From a virus, in the IMG/VR virus record IMGVR_UViG_3300004481_000330, positions 1-36,723 of that record: a stretch of 36,723 nucleotides of DNA; one strand, 5' to 3'. The notes beneath the pieces are model-generated. The model searched no databases, was not told the DNA's origin, and saw only the letters and a program-made list of their open reading frames with translations. Position 1 is the first letter of the stretch; every line of letters starts with the position of its first letter. Positions 1 through 7,809 of the stretch are shown here, piece by piece. The translations under genes and the position numbers were made by a program.

Positions 1-80
1 ACAACATGACTTTTACACTTGAACAAAACGAAGCAGCTTTCATCATCCGTGTCTTGGGTCAACTGCCAACTGAATCTGGT
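1..80. repeat. Terminal direct repeat, left copy (identical to 36644..36723)
   Basis: Direct reading: bases 1-80 (acaacatgac...tgaatctggt) equal 36644-36723 base for base. This fits a circular-assembly overlap or a short terminal redundancy. Confidence 0.95.
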
Positions 81-167
81 GCATATCCATTGCATCAGAA
101 ACTTGTTGCTCAGTTCAAAGAACAAGAAAACGAGCCTCAAGTTATGGAAGTTGGAGGAACTGACTAA
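6..167 (+). CDS. hypothetical small protein (53 aa)
   Basis: Hand-translated: ATG at 6, TAA at 165-167 sharing its last A with the next ATG (TAATG). Sequence: MTFTLEQNEAAFIIRVLGQLPTESGAYPLHQKLVAQFKEQENEPQVMEVGGTD. It is below the track cutoff, and its 5' end is duplicated at 36649-36723. Confidence 0.4.
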   Translation: MTFTLEQNEAAFIIRVLGQLPTESGAYPLHQKLVAQFKEQENEPQVMEVGGTD

Positions 168-475
168 TGTCGTATGCAAATGTTGAAATGAAGATTATTC
201 AATGGGCTGAAGCAAGAAAGATCATTCCTAATGCAAAGCCACACACTCAGCTTATGAAAGCTGTCTCTGAAATGGGTGAACTGTGTGACGCTGAACTTAA
301 AGGCAATTTGCCAATGATTAAAGATGGCGTTGGCGATGTTCTTGTTTGCTTGATTAACTACTGCGCTTTAAAAGACATCAACCTGGTTAATTGTCTGCAA
401 GAAGCGTACGAGGAAATCAAAGACCGTAAAGGCACAACACTTCCAGATGGTACTTTCGTCAAGGAATCAGCATGA
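167..475 (+). CDS. MazG-like nucleoside triphosphate pyrophosphohydrolase
   Basis: 102-aa all-alpha protein with the acidic metal-binding pattern typical of small phage MazG proteins (SEMGELCDAELK ... GDVLVCLINY ... EAYEEIKDRKG). Recalled family resemblance only. Confidence 0.7.
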   Translation: MSYANVEMKIIQWAEARKIIPNAKPHTQLMKAVSEMGELCDAELKGNLPMIKDGVGDVLVCLINYCALKDINLVNCLQEAYEEIKDRKGTTLPDGTFVKESA

Positions 476-738
476 CATCAATTGCTCAAATCCTTGAAGA
501 ACGCAAAAGCCAGCATGGTGAGTTGCTTACCCAGTCAACAATCAGTCAAGGCATGAAGGATGCAATGCGATTCACTCCAAAGTGGAATGATCTCAAAGCA
601 GACCAAAAAGAATGCCTTGAAATGATTGTTCACAAGATCGCTCGTATCTTGGCTGGAGATCCAAACTTTGTGGATCACTGGGATGACGTAAGCGGATATT
701 CAATTCTTGTTGCCAACAGGCTGAAAGAATTGAAATAA
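472..738 (+). CDS. conserved phage helical protein (DUF6378-like by recollection)
   Basis: 4-nt overlap with the MazG-like gene. Motifs ERKSQHG ... HKIARILAG..NFVDHWDDVSGYSIL resemble a small phage family often found next to nucleotide-metabolism genes. Confidence 0.5.
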   Translation: MTSIAQILEERKSQHGELLTQSTISQGMKDAMRFTPKWNDLKADQKECLEMIVHKIARILAGDPNFVDHWDDVSGYSILVANRLKELK

Positions 739-740
739 GG

Positions 741-1340
741 TTAACCACCTATCACGGCCAAAGCATGATTTGTGTGCTTTACACGATCATCAAGGCCGAT
801 GGTTCCACCGTTAATTTTCTTGGTTAGCTTAACCCAATCTGCGGCTTCAGCAAGTGCGTTGCAGCCGTGGGTTGACCAGAAGTAACCAGCAGTCAAAGCA
901 GCATACTGAGGCGTTGCAACCAGATCTGGATTCATGATGAAGTCAACGCCCAAAGCCTTGCCAGCGTGAAAGTAGTTGGCTGATCCAGTGGTCTGAATAC
1001 ATCCTCGACCACGGAACCGATAACCATCACCAGAAGCCTCGTCACGGTTTCCCATACGGCTTGCATAAACCATATTGGCGATCTTTTTTGGATTGCCAGC
1101 ATACTGGTTTGCAAACTCAAGAGTAGGGAATCTCTTTGGCCATAGTCGCATCAATGTTGCGGCTTTGTAATTCAGGTTTTCTTCCAAGATTCGGAAGTTG
1201 CCACACTCATGGCCACACTGACCAATGAAGGCAGCTTGCTGACGAGGTGTAAGAATTTGGAAACGATTGAAAGTCTCGTTCAAAGGCTCGACCCACTTCT
1301 CATCAATGTGAAGTTGTTGAAGTTGGTTAGCTGTTACCAT
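741..1340 (-). CDS. endolysin, glycoside hydrolase family 19 (chitinase-like)
   Basis: FIGQCGHECGNFRILEENLNYKA ... YRFRGRGCIQTTGSANY are GH19 hallmarks. There is no N-terminal signal or SAR segment. It is the last gene of the lysis cassette. Confidence 0.9.
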   Translation of the reverse strand: MVTANQLQQLHIDEKWVEPLNETFNRFQILTPRQQAAFIGQCGHECGNFRILEENLNYKAATLMRLWPKRFPTLEFANQYAGNPKKIANMVYASRMGNRDEASGDGYRFRGRGCIQTTGSANYFHAGKALGVDFIMNPDLVATPQYAALTAGYFWSTHGCNALAEAADWVKLTKKINGGTIGLDDRVKHTNHALAVIGG

Positions 1341-1791
1341 TTGCTGCCTTTCTTACTTGCTCGTAGGCTTCAATACAGGCATTGAGTTGGTTGATTGCTC
1401 TGTCTCCTTCTGCTGCGATTTCAGCAATAAGTCGGAGAGTCTCTCTGTCAGATTCGCTTGTCTCTTGACTGCTATTTCCTGCGGGAGTGGTGGCACTTGT
1501 AATGGCTTGTACGCAACTTGGGGTGGGGAGGCGCACCCTGCCAGCAGCAATAAGGCGATTAAGATCAACTTGCTTTTTATTGACAACATCATTGGCCTCT
1601 TTCAGTTCGTTAGTCTTGATGTTTAAATCTTCATTGAGCTTCAGCTCTTTTGATCGAGCCTCGTCATTCTTCTTTGCGATCTCTACTTGCATCTCTTGAT
1701 CTCGCTCAGTCCATCCTTTGTGATGGCCAGTGAAGTAAAGAACAATCGAAAGGAATGCAACAGCAAATGCAGCCCAAGGAAGCGGAATCAT
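1327..1791 (-). CDS. Rz: i-spanin (Rz-like)
   Basis: N-terminal TMD (MIPLPWAAFAVAFLSIVLYF) followed by a charged coiled-coil periplasmic domain. It lies immediately upstream of the endolysin and hosts an embedded lipoprotein ORF. Confidence 0.8.
   Translation of the reverse strand: MIPLPWAAFAVAFLSIVLYFTGHHKGWTERDQEMQVEIAKKNDEARSKELKLNEDLNIKTNELKEANDVVNKKQVDLNRLIAAGRVRLPTPSCVQAITSATTPAGNSSQETSESDRETLRLIAEIAAEGDRAINQLNACIEAYEQVRKAANGNS
1353..1592 (-). CDS. Rz1: o-spanin lipoprotein (Rz1-like), fully embedded in another frame of the i-spanin gene
   Basis: Signal peptide with a canonical lipobox (LLLLAGC), then a Pro-rich mature part (ASPPQVAYKPLQVPPLPQE). It is nested entirely inside 1327..1791, the classic embedded Rz/Rz1 architecture. 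Confidence 0.75.
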   Translation of the reverse strand: MMLSIKSKLILIALLLLAGCASPPQVAYKPLQVPPLPQEIAVKRQANLTERLSDLLLKSQQKETEQSTNSMPVLKPTSK

Positions 1792-2258
1792 GATTTCACC
1801 TCTTGTCTAGCAGCGGCCAATACTTCACGCTCCAAGTCATCTTCAAGATGCTCTGGTGGTGTTGTAGGTGGTTGGCCAGGTGTCCAAGTTTCATCCAGAT
1901 CTGGGTTCTTGTAGCCCATCCAATTCCAATCAGTGCTTTGTTTCTGCGGCAGCACTGTTACCGCTTGTGGCTTTGGGGATTCTGGCCCTGCCATATTTTG
2001 AGCGACAGCACCCACACCCTTTTTGCCGATCACGCCACCAATGCCACCAACAATCAGCAAAACAATGTCGTTCAACATCTTTGTATATGCTTGGTCAATT
2101 GGGGCCATTGTCTTAATTGGCTGAGTAACAAAAGTCACTGAGTACAGCAAAGAAAACACAATGCCAAACAGAATGATTGTGACCATTACGACCACAAACC
2201 CCCAGATTCGTGTTTCGTATTCTTCAGCGGTTAGACGCTGGCTCTGATTGGTTGACAT
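1788..2258 (-). CDS. two-TMD membrane protein, holin candidate
   Basis: Two hydrophobic segments (IWGFVVVMVTIILFGIVFSLLY and IVLLIVGGIGGVIG) and a charged C-terminus. It has a 4-nt overlap with the Rz start. GGAG lies 10 nt upstream of the ATG. At 156 aa it is larger than typical holins. Confidence 0.45.
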   Translation of the reverse strand: MSTNQSQRLTAEEYETRIWGFVVVMVTIILFGIVFSLLYSVTFVTQPIKTMAPIDQAYTKMLNDIVLLIVGGIGGVIGKKGVGAVAQNMAGPESPKPQAVTVLPQKQSTDWNWMGYKNPDLDETWTPGQPPTTPPEHLEDDLEREVLAAARQEVKS

Positions 2259-2430
2259 TTATTTGTTTCTCCAAGATAGGTGCAACGAGATATTCTGGGC
2301 ATTGCTGCGTGAACAAACATTTAGGCTTTTGGCAGGCTTCTTTGTAAAAGTTTTCTGGATTCTGACAAGGGTATCTGTAACGATCCTCGCAGCCACCAAG
2401 AGCCAGCAAAAGAAGGAGAGCGTACTTCAT
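2224..2430 (-). CDS. small Cys-rich lipoprotein (o-spanin-like candidate)
   Basis: MKYALLLLLALGGC lipobox, with a mature part of about 54 aa carrying four further Cys. It has a 4-nt overlap with the upstream coiled-coil gene and a 35-nt overlap with the downstream holin candidate. Confidence 0.6.
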   Translation of the reverse strand: MKYALLLLLALGGCEDRYRYPCQNPENFYKEACQKPKCLFTQQCPEYLVAPILEKQINVNQSEPASNR

Positions 2431-2975
2431 TTCCCACCTTTCAATGATCCAGCGCCAATAGAATCAATTGCCGACCACTGAGAATCAACGTCTTTCTTTA
2501 AAACTGCATGATCTTTTTCAAGACCAACAATTTTTTCTCGAATGGTTTGGACATCACGAGTGAAAACCTGCACACCGTCAACAGATGTTTTTAAGGTAGC
2601 AATCGCACCCTGAAGTTTGCTGACATCATTGGCTTCAACCAATGTTTGAATAGACCGTAAATCTTGTGTAAGTTTTGAACCAATAGCTTGATTCTCTGCA
2701 ATTGCTTGAGACAAGTTGACGCTTGTTTCTTCCAACTGTTTGACCTTTTCTGTCAATTGAACAAGTGGCTCAAGATCAGGAGATTTAAACTCAGAGACAA
2801 AGTTTTTAATTCGCTGATACTTTTCCCACTCGCTACCAACAACCATGATGGAGCCAGCAATTGAGCCAGCAATAGCCAAGCCCCATACGATGTAACTACC
2901 CTTTAGAGTTACACCACCTACTTTTAATTCGGTAGTTTCTAAAGAGGCTTTGCCTGGCTTGTTTTCTTCAGACAT
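2427..2975 (-). CDS. membrane-anchored periplasmic coiled-coil protein (i-spanin-like candidate)
   Basis: One TMD (YIVWGLAIAGSIAGSIMVVG) near the N-terminus, followed by about 135 aa of heptad-like, charged and Gln-rich sequence. Same topology class as Rz. Confidence 0.6.
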   Translation of the reverse strand: MSEENKPGKASLETTELKVGGVTLKGSYIVWGLAIAGSIAGSIMVVGSEWEKYQRIKNFVSEFKSPDLEPLVQLTEKVKQLEETSVNLSQAIAENQAIGSKLTQDLRSIQTLVEANDVSKLQGAIATLKTSVDGVQVFTRDVQTIREKIVGLEKDHAVLKKDVDSQWSAIDSIGAGSLKGGK

Positions 2976-3793
2976 TACTGATTGAAGTTAACAACACTGG
3001 TATAGAAGGTATTGGAGCCTTGAGTGAACTGGTTAAGCATACCTTCTTGCGTGATCTGCAATCCATCTTGCCAAGCCAAAGTGATAGCTGTGTTGGCATA
3101 AGCAGCGGTAGTCTGAACGTAGTTCAAGTCCTTGGCATAGGTGTTGACAAAGTTGTCCACGTTCTGCGTCAAGGTCTGATTTTGAGCAGCCCTCATGAAC
3201 AAAGCAGCCTGAGAAGCATAGCTGTTCACGTTAGCCAAACTGGTGTTGTAAGCGGCAACTTGAGATGTCGTTACATCAGTGCTCAGGCCAGCATTCAAGA
3301 TGGCAGTTTGCGTAGTCTTGGCAGTAGGCACATCAGTGATTGCGGCCATCATCTGATTAACCGTCACAACCTTTTGCAAGTCAGCGGTAGCAGCAGCCAA
3401 GTCAGAGATCGAAGTTCTCATGTTAGCCAAGTTGTTTGAGGCTTGAGTCTCAAAATACTGACGAGATCCATTGAAGTTCGCAGTATTGAAAGCATGAGCA
3501 GCGGTGTTGTACGTTGTACGCTGGCCTTCACTGATCGTAGCCACCTGATAGGCCGTAGGATCAACGATTGTGCCACCAGTAGCAGCAACAGCCAACGATG
3601 TGCTGTAACGAGCACCAAGAGACAATTGGCCCTTGATGGTGTCACTGGCATTGGCTAGGTTAGTTACCACCTGACGCTGGTTCGGCAGAAGTGTTTGTGC
3701 GCTTACTTGCCCGATACCTGTCAGATAAAGACCCAGAATCATTGCCAGTGCTGGCAATACCGAGCGAGATTGGTTTGAGTGGTTGGATTGCAT
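2975..3793 (-). CDS. secreted Ala/Thr/Asn/Gln-rich protein (272 aa)
   Basis: Start moved to the internal ATG at 3793, which has GGAG 8 nt upstream and gives a proper signal peptide (MQSNHSNQSRSVLPALAMILGLYLTGIGQVSA/Q). The mature part has a flagellin-like composition with no Cys. Confidence 0.6.
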   Translation of the reverse strand: MQSNHSNQSRSVLPALAMILGLYLTGIGQVSAQTLLPNQRQVVTNLANASDTIKGQLSLGARYSTSLAVAATGGTIVDPTAYQVATISEGQRTTYNTAAHAFNTANFNGSRQYFETQASNNLANMRTSISDLAAATADLQKVVTVNQMMAAITDVPTAKTTQTAILNAGLSTDVTTSQVAAYNTSLANVNSYASQAALFMRAAQNQTLTQNVDNFVNTYAKDLNYVQTTAAYANTAITLAWQDGLQITQEGMLNQFTQGSNTFYTSVVNFNQ

Positions 3794-4313
3794 AATCTGG
3801 TCTCCATTCAGGGTTTTGCTGCCACAACAACGTGGCTTGTTTACCAATTGCCCCGAGGTATGGACACGGAGTACCAGCCATGGCCATACCTTGAAACACT
3901 CGCTTGTCTTGGCAAAGAATTGCAACAGCAGCAACCTTCAGCCCAAACTCATTCATTGTCTTTGCAAGTTTTAACAACTCGCATTGCTCATCCCTGCGGT
4001 ATGTACCACCACCGATGCCAATGACCGATGACGATACAGACCCAGAAACGCCAATCAAACAACTATCCTGCCCACCACCCATAAACGCTGGAGCAATGGC
4101 ACTTGGAGGCGGTGTATGGCTTCCAGGTGCATTGCCGTTGTACGTTACTGAGTTGCTGCTGGTTGGATTGTTTGAATTGGAATTGTTCGTAATGTTATTG
4201 CCTTGTTGATTCGTTGACAAGTTATCAACAGTTGCGCTGTTCTGTGCAAATGCAGAAAACGAAATCAACAAAGGCAAATACTTTACGAACGAAACTCTTT
4301 TACGATCTGCCAT
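3660..4313 (-). CDS. secreted protein with an Asn/Ser-rich low-complexity N-domain and a Cys-containing C-domain
   Basis: Signal peptide MADRKRVSFVKYLPLLISFSAFA/Q, then an N/S/T-rich tract, then a domain with five Cys. Its last 134 nt overlap the next gene. Confidence 0.6.
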   Translation of the reverse strand: MADRKRVSFVKYLPLLISFSAFAQNSATVDNLSTNQQGNNITNNSNSNNPTSSNSVTYNGNAPGSHTPPPSAIAPAFMGGGQDSCLIGVSGSVSSSVIGIGGGTYRRDEQCELLKLAKTMNEFGLKVAAVAILCQDKRVFQGMAMAGTPCPYLGAIGKQATLLWQQNPEWRPDYAIQPLKPISLGIASTGNDSGSLSDRYRASKRTNTSAEPASGGN

Positions 4314-4474
4314 AACTTATGACCGATCAATAAGATGGTATAGATCAGGGTAGCCCACAGTACCAGTTCACTGACTTGCACACCCAAAACGGTTGCAAGA
4401 GAAACTGTTGCTGGAGGTGCAACTTTTGCAACAATAGCAGCGGCTGTGTCGGTTGTCGCTGAGTGTTCTGGCAT
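4283..4474 (-). CDS. small membrane protein (63 aa), second holin candidate
   Basis: A weakly hydrophobic Ala-rich segment, then a strong TMD (LVLWATLIYTILLIG), then a basic tail (HKLWQIVKEFRS). It has a 1-nt overlap with the upstream gene. Confidence 0.45.
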   Translation of the reverse strand: MPEHSATTDTAAAIVAKVAPPATVSLATVLGVQVSELVLWATLIYTILLIGHKLWQIVKEFRS

Positions 4475-4767
4475 TAGTTACTCCAAGGCAAACCAGTGGC
4501 TTTTACAGGATTCTTTTGAGCTTCAATCTGAGCAGCAACAACAGCTTCAGTTGCAGACTTATCAACGCCATTTGCCCAAATCCAGCTCAACACCTGAGCT
4601 TCTGTAACTTGAGCGTAAGGAGTTGTTGGGTTTTCAACAGGAAAGTAGCAAGCCGAATAAACAGATGCAGAAAACTCACCATCAACAGCGGAGCAATTCC
4701 AGTGAGCAGTTGTAATGAACCCGTTAGCAGTGTTACGGTCAAGTTGGGAAATTTTCCAGATAGTCAT
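4474..4767 (-). CDS. conserved phage protein of the fibre module (function unknown)
   Basis: The 97-aa ORF MTIWKISQLDR...AHWNCSAVDGEFSASVY resembles a small family I recall next to tail fibre genes. It is translationally coupled to its neighbours. Confidence 0.55.
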   Translation of the reverse strand: MTIWKISQLDRNTANGFITTAHWNCSAVDGEFSASVYSACYFPVENPTTPYAQVTEAQVLSWIWANGVDKSATEAVVAAQIEAQKNPVKATGLPWSN

Positions 4768-4787
4768 GATAGATCCTTAGTTGCAAA

Positions 4788-5744
4788 TTAAGCAGCAGCA
4801 ATCGTTGTGACAGTACCTGACGATCCGCGATACTTCAGAGCACCACCTTCAACATACAACTGACCCATACCTGATGGAGATGTTGTTGGTGCAGTTGCGT
4901 TAGCCATGCCAATTACTTTTTCCGCAGAAGCACCAAAAGAAGTTACACCCAAGCCCATGTTACCGGAAATGTCGAAAGTCGCTCGAACAGTATTAGATGT
5001 CATCAGCGTCAATGGAACACCGTTTGGTGATCCAATGTTTGCTGAAGTTGCACTTACTTGCAAGTAAAGGTTGACCCCACCAGAGTCTGTTGTGGAGATG
5101 TAGTTGGAAACTGTGCCAGCTCCGTATGTGTGAAGTTTTGCTTGTGGAGCAGTTGTTCCAATACCAAGATTGCCACTAGAATCAATACGAGCGCGCTCAG
5201 TAGTATTGTTGCTGTTGTAAAAAATCAGATTGTTAGCGCTTGTTCCAATTGCCGAGCTATTAGTAGTGTCAGCAACAGTGATATACATCCCAGAACCAGA
5301 TGTATTTGAAAAGGTCGCACCATATCCAAGTGTGTTTTGAACAACAACTTGACCACCAACAACGGTTAACTTTGCAGTAGGCGAATTTGTACCAATACCA
5401 AAATTCGTACCATCAAACACCAGTGCAGTTCCACTGGTCAAAACCTTTGAGCCGTTCAGGTAAGGAACGCCATTTGCTGTGCCACCAGACAGCGTTACAG
5501 CGCCAGAAGCTGACAAAGTAGTAAATGCACCTGTTGACGCTGTTGTCGCCCCAACAGTGCCGTTATGAGGCCCATTGAATGGGTCGCCTTGTGTGCCAGC
5601 TTGGAAGTCTTTAAGCTGAGACATCATCTCCCGAATGGCATTATTAATGCCACTAGGAGCGCAACCTTCAGCAATGTTAATACCGTCAATGTCGGTATTG
5701 TCACCAGGTGTTGCTGAATACTCAGAAATCTTTGTGCGGGCCAT
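4788..5744 (-). CDS. tail fibre protein
   Basis: The N-terminus KISEYSATPGDNTDIDGINIAEGCAPSGINNAIREMMSQLKDF is a widespread fibre/virion-attachment motif. The remainder is Gly/Thr/Ser/Asn-rich beta-repeat-like. Confidence 0.7.
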   Translation of the reverse strand: MARTKISEYSATPGDNTDIDGINIAEGCAPSGINNAIREMMSQLKDFQAGTQGDPFNGPHNGTVGATTASTGAFTTLSASGAVTLSGGTANGVPYLNGSKVLTSGTALVFDGTNFGIGTNSPTAKLTVVGGQVVVQNTLGYGATFSNTSGSGMYITVADTTNSSAIGTSANNLIFYNSNNTTERARIDSSGNLGIGTTAPQAKLHTYGAGTVSNYISTTDSGGVNLYLQVSATSANIGSPNGVPLTLMTSNTVRATFDISGNMGLGVTSFGASAEKVIGMANATAPTTSPSGMGQLYVEGGALKYRGSSGTVTTIAAA

Positions 5745-5746
5745 AA

Positions 5747-7801
5747 TTAATCTTTCTGTTCAATGATTCCGTAACGATTCAAAAGTTGACCCGTCAATGC
5801 CCATCGTTTTGCCGATGTTGGCGACATTTGACGCAATTCTTTTAACCTGCTAATTCCATCAGGAGATGTAATGATGCTTGCCAACTTATCAGCATCATTT
5901 GCAAATCGGCGCTCAACAGCCCAATCAGCAATCATTTTCCCCCAATTTTGTGGCTGCAACAATGTGCCTCCACCGATTGCTGCCATAGCAATAGGATCAC
6001 CTTTTGCCTGGTCTTTCCATTGCTTCATTATCTCTTGATTGAATGCAGTGTCTGAGCCAAGTTTTTGTACTCGAGCAGATGCTTCCAATACAGAGGCAAG
6101 GTCAATTAATCCTTGGAACTGCTGAGGAGACAAGGCAGCACGCAAAGCAGATTGCGAATTCTCATCACCAATCAACATATTTTGCCAACTGTTACCAGTA
6201 TCTAACTTCATACCACGCTGGTTTTTGGCTGGTGTTTTAGCCTTTGTCCATACGTCTTGCATATACGCGCGGGTAACAGCATTCCATGCGTCAGGATCAA
6301 CCTTCTGAATTTGCAATTTGGCATATTGAATCGCAGGTACTGAATTGCTCTCAAAAAGACGCTTGGCAAATTGATTCAAGTTGTCAGGAGAGACAGCCGT
6401 AAGACTTAGGCCAGCCTTGCTTGTATCAAACCTGTTTAGTGGCTTAGAAGCCTCCTCAAATGCCTTATTTGCCTCAATGTAAGCAGGATTATTTTTGCCC
6501 ATTTGAGAAACAAGTTCTTTCTGCAAATCAGTAAGTTGACCTTGAATTTTTGCATCCATAGATGTAAAAGATTCGTCCTTAAACATCTTGTCAATTTCAA
6601 ACTTTGAGTTTTGCAGTGCTGGCAAACGGTCATCAAGAGACTTTTCCATCACAACATCACCAGCATCATTCAATCGAGGCTTGTCTGTGTAAAGAAGGTC
6701 TTTCATCTTTAGCAATGTTGACCGTTGAGAACCTTTTGCGGTTTTTAAGTAATCATCAATCTTGCCAACAACAGGCGACACATCAACAGGAACAGACGAT
6801 GCAAAAGCATCTTTATAAATTGGGTCAACAATTGCTGTGCGCTCTGTCTTAATTAATTCCCTTGCATCCTTCAATGCTGCTTGACCTCTTGCGCCAGCTT
6901 CAGCCACATCAGACACCGGAGAAATGTTTGCAAGAAAGTTTTCAACAGCAGGGCGAATTTGCTGCACCTCACGCTGTTGATACATGGTATTCAACTTCTG
7001 TGAAGATGCAGGGACATTGCCAAGAATCTTTTGCTGACCCATCAAAGAAGACAAGTTTGTGATTTCAGCAGGTGTCAGGAAAATACCTTGCTGGTTTGCT
7101 TGATTGATAAGTTTGAGGGCAGACTGTTGATCCATTGTTGCAATGTCACGAACAAGATTTCTCTGATTCACTGCTTTTGCAACAGCAGGGATTGCTTGTG
7201 TACCAGCACCAATCAAACCAGACAAAGCAACTTGTCCAAGATTGATATCTTGACCGCCAACTTGCTGACCAATCTTTTGACGTAAAAGGTTTGTCAGCGC
7301 ATCAACGCCACCTGTTGCAGCCATACTTGTACTAACACCAACAGGCCCACCAAGAACCAATGGCGCAGTGGCAATGCCAGTTGCCAAGCCAGGGATCATC
7401 TCCAGAATGTCAGGCGCGTAATATGCGGCAGTTGCAGCAGGGCCAGCAATCTCTTTATAGAACTTGCCATCATCTGCTTTATATGCAATCTCTCCATCAA
7501 CAACACGATAACGGCTTGTTGGCAATCCACGTTTTTCAGCAAAGAACTTAATTGCAGCTTGCTTATCAGTTGGAATTCCACCAACAAAAGCAGCGCCAGC
7601 ATCAGAACCCATTTCCTGAGAACTAATTGCTGTGATTGCCTCATTCAAACCTGTGAAGCGTCCACTACCAACTTCAGGTGTTAAAGCTCTGCGGCCAGAA
7701 ATGAGTTGAGATGCAAAATCAACATTCTCTGTTGGCGCTACTTCATCTTCTCTTCTCCGCTTGCTTCCAAGAAGTTCGCTAGCAAAATCAAATTCGCTCA
7801 T
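5747..7801 (-). CDS. large virion-associated protein (internal/ejection protein candidate)
   Basis: 684-aa ORF in the structural operon between the fibre gene and other large ORFs. Size and position resemble podovirus internal core proteins. No motif recognised. Confidence 0.45.
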   Translation of the reverse strand: MSEFDFASELLGSKRRREDEVAPTENVDFASQLISGRRALTPEVGSGRFTGLNEAITAISSQEMGSDAGAAFVGGIPTDKQAAIKFFAEKRGLPTSRYRVVDGEIAYKADDGKFYKEIAGPAATAAYYAPDILEMIPGLATGIATAPLVLGGPVGVSTSMAATGGVDALTNLLRQKIGQQVGGQDINLGQVALSGLIGAGTQAIPAVAKAVNQRNLVRDIATMDQQSALKLINQANQQGIFLTPAEITNLSSLMGQQKILGNVPASSQKLNTMYQQREVQQIRPAVENFLANISPVSDVAEAGARGQAALKDARELIKTERTAIVDPIYKDAFASSVPVDVSPVVGKIDDYLKTAKGSQRSTLLKMKDLLYTDKPRLNDAGDVVMEKSLDDRLPALQNSKFEIDKMFKDESFTSMDAKIQGQLTDLQKELVSQMGKNNPAYIEANKAFEEASKPLNRFDTSKAGLSLTAVSPDNLNQFAKRLFESNSVPAIQYAKLQIQKVDPDAWNAVTRAYMQDVWTKAKTPAKNQRGMKLDTGNSWQNMLIGDENSQSALRAALSPQQFQGLIDLASVLEASARVQKLGSDTAFNQEIMKQWKDQAKGDPIAMAAIGGGTLLQPQNWGKMIADWAVERRFANDADKLASIITSPDGISRLKELRQMSPTSAKRWALTGQLLNRYGIIEQKD

Positions 7802-7809
7802 GGTGATCC

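Noticed and set aside
3794-3934. The N-terminal 47-codon extension of track ORF 2975..3934.
   Set aside because: The extension lies deep inside the upstream gene and has no signal-peptide logic. The internal ATG at 3793 has a GGAG at proper spacing and yields a canonical signal peptide.
2224-4474. A miniature type IV secretion or pilus-like set (small membrane protein, helical secreted protein, small lipoprotein).
   Set aside because: The resemblance rests only on sizes and signal peptides. No ATPase, coupling protein or channel component is present, and no sequence motif supports it.
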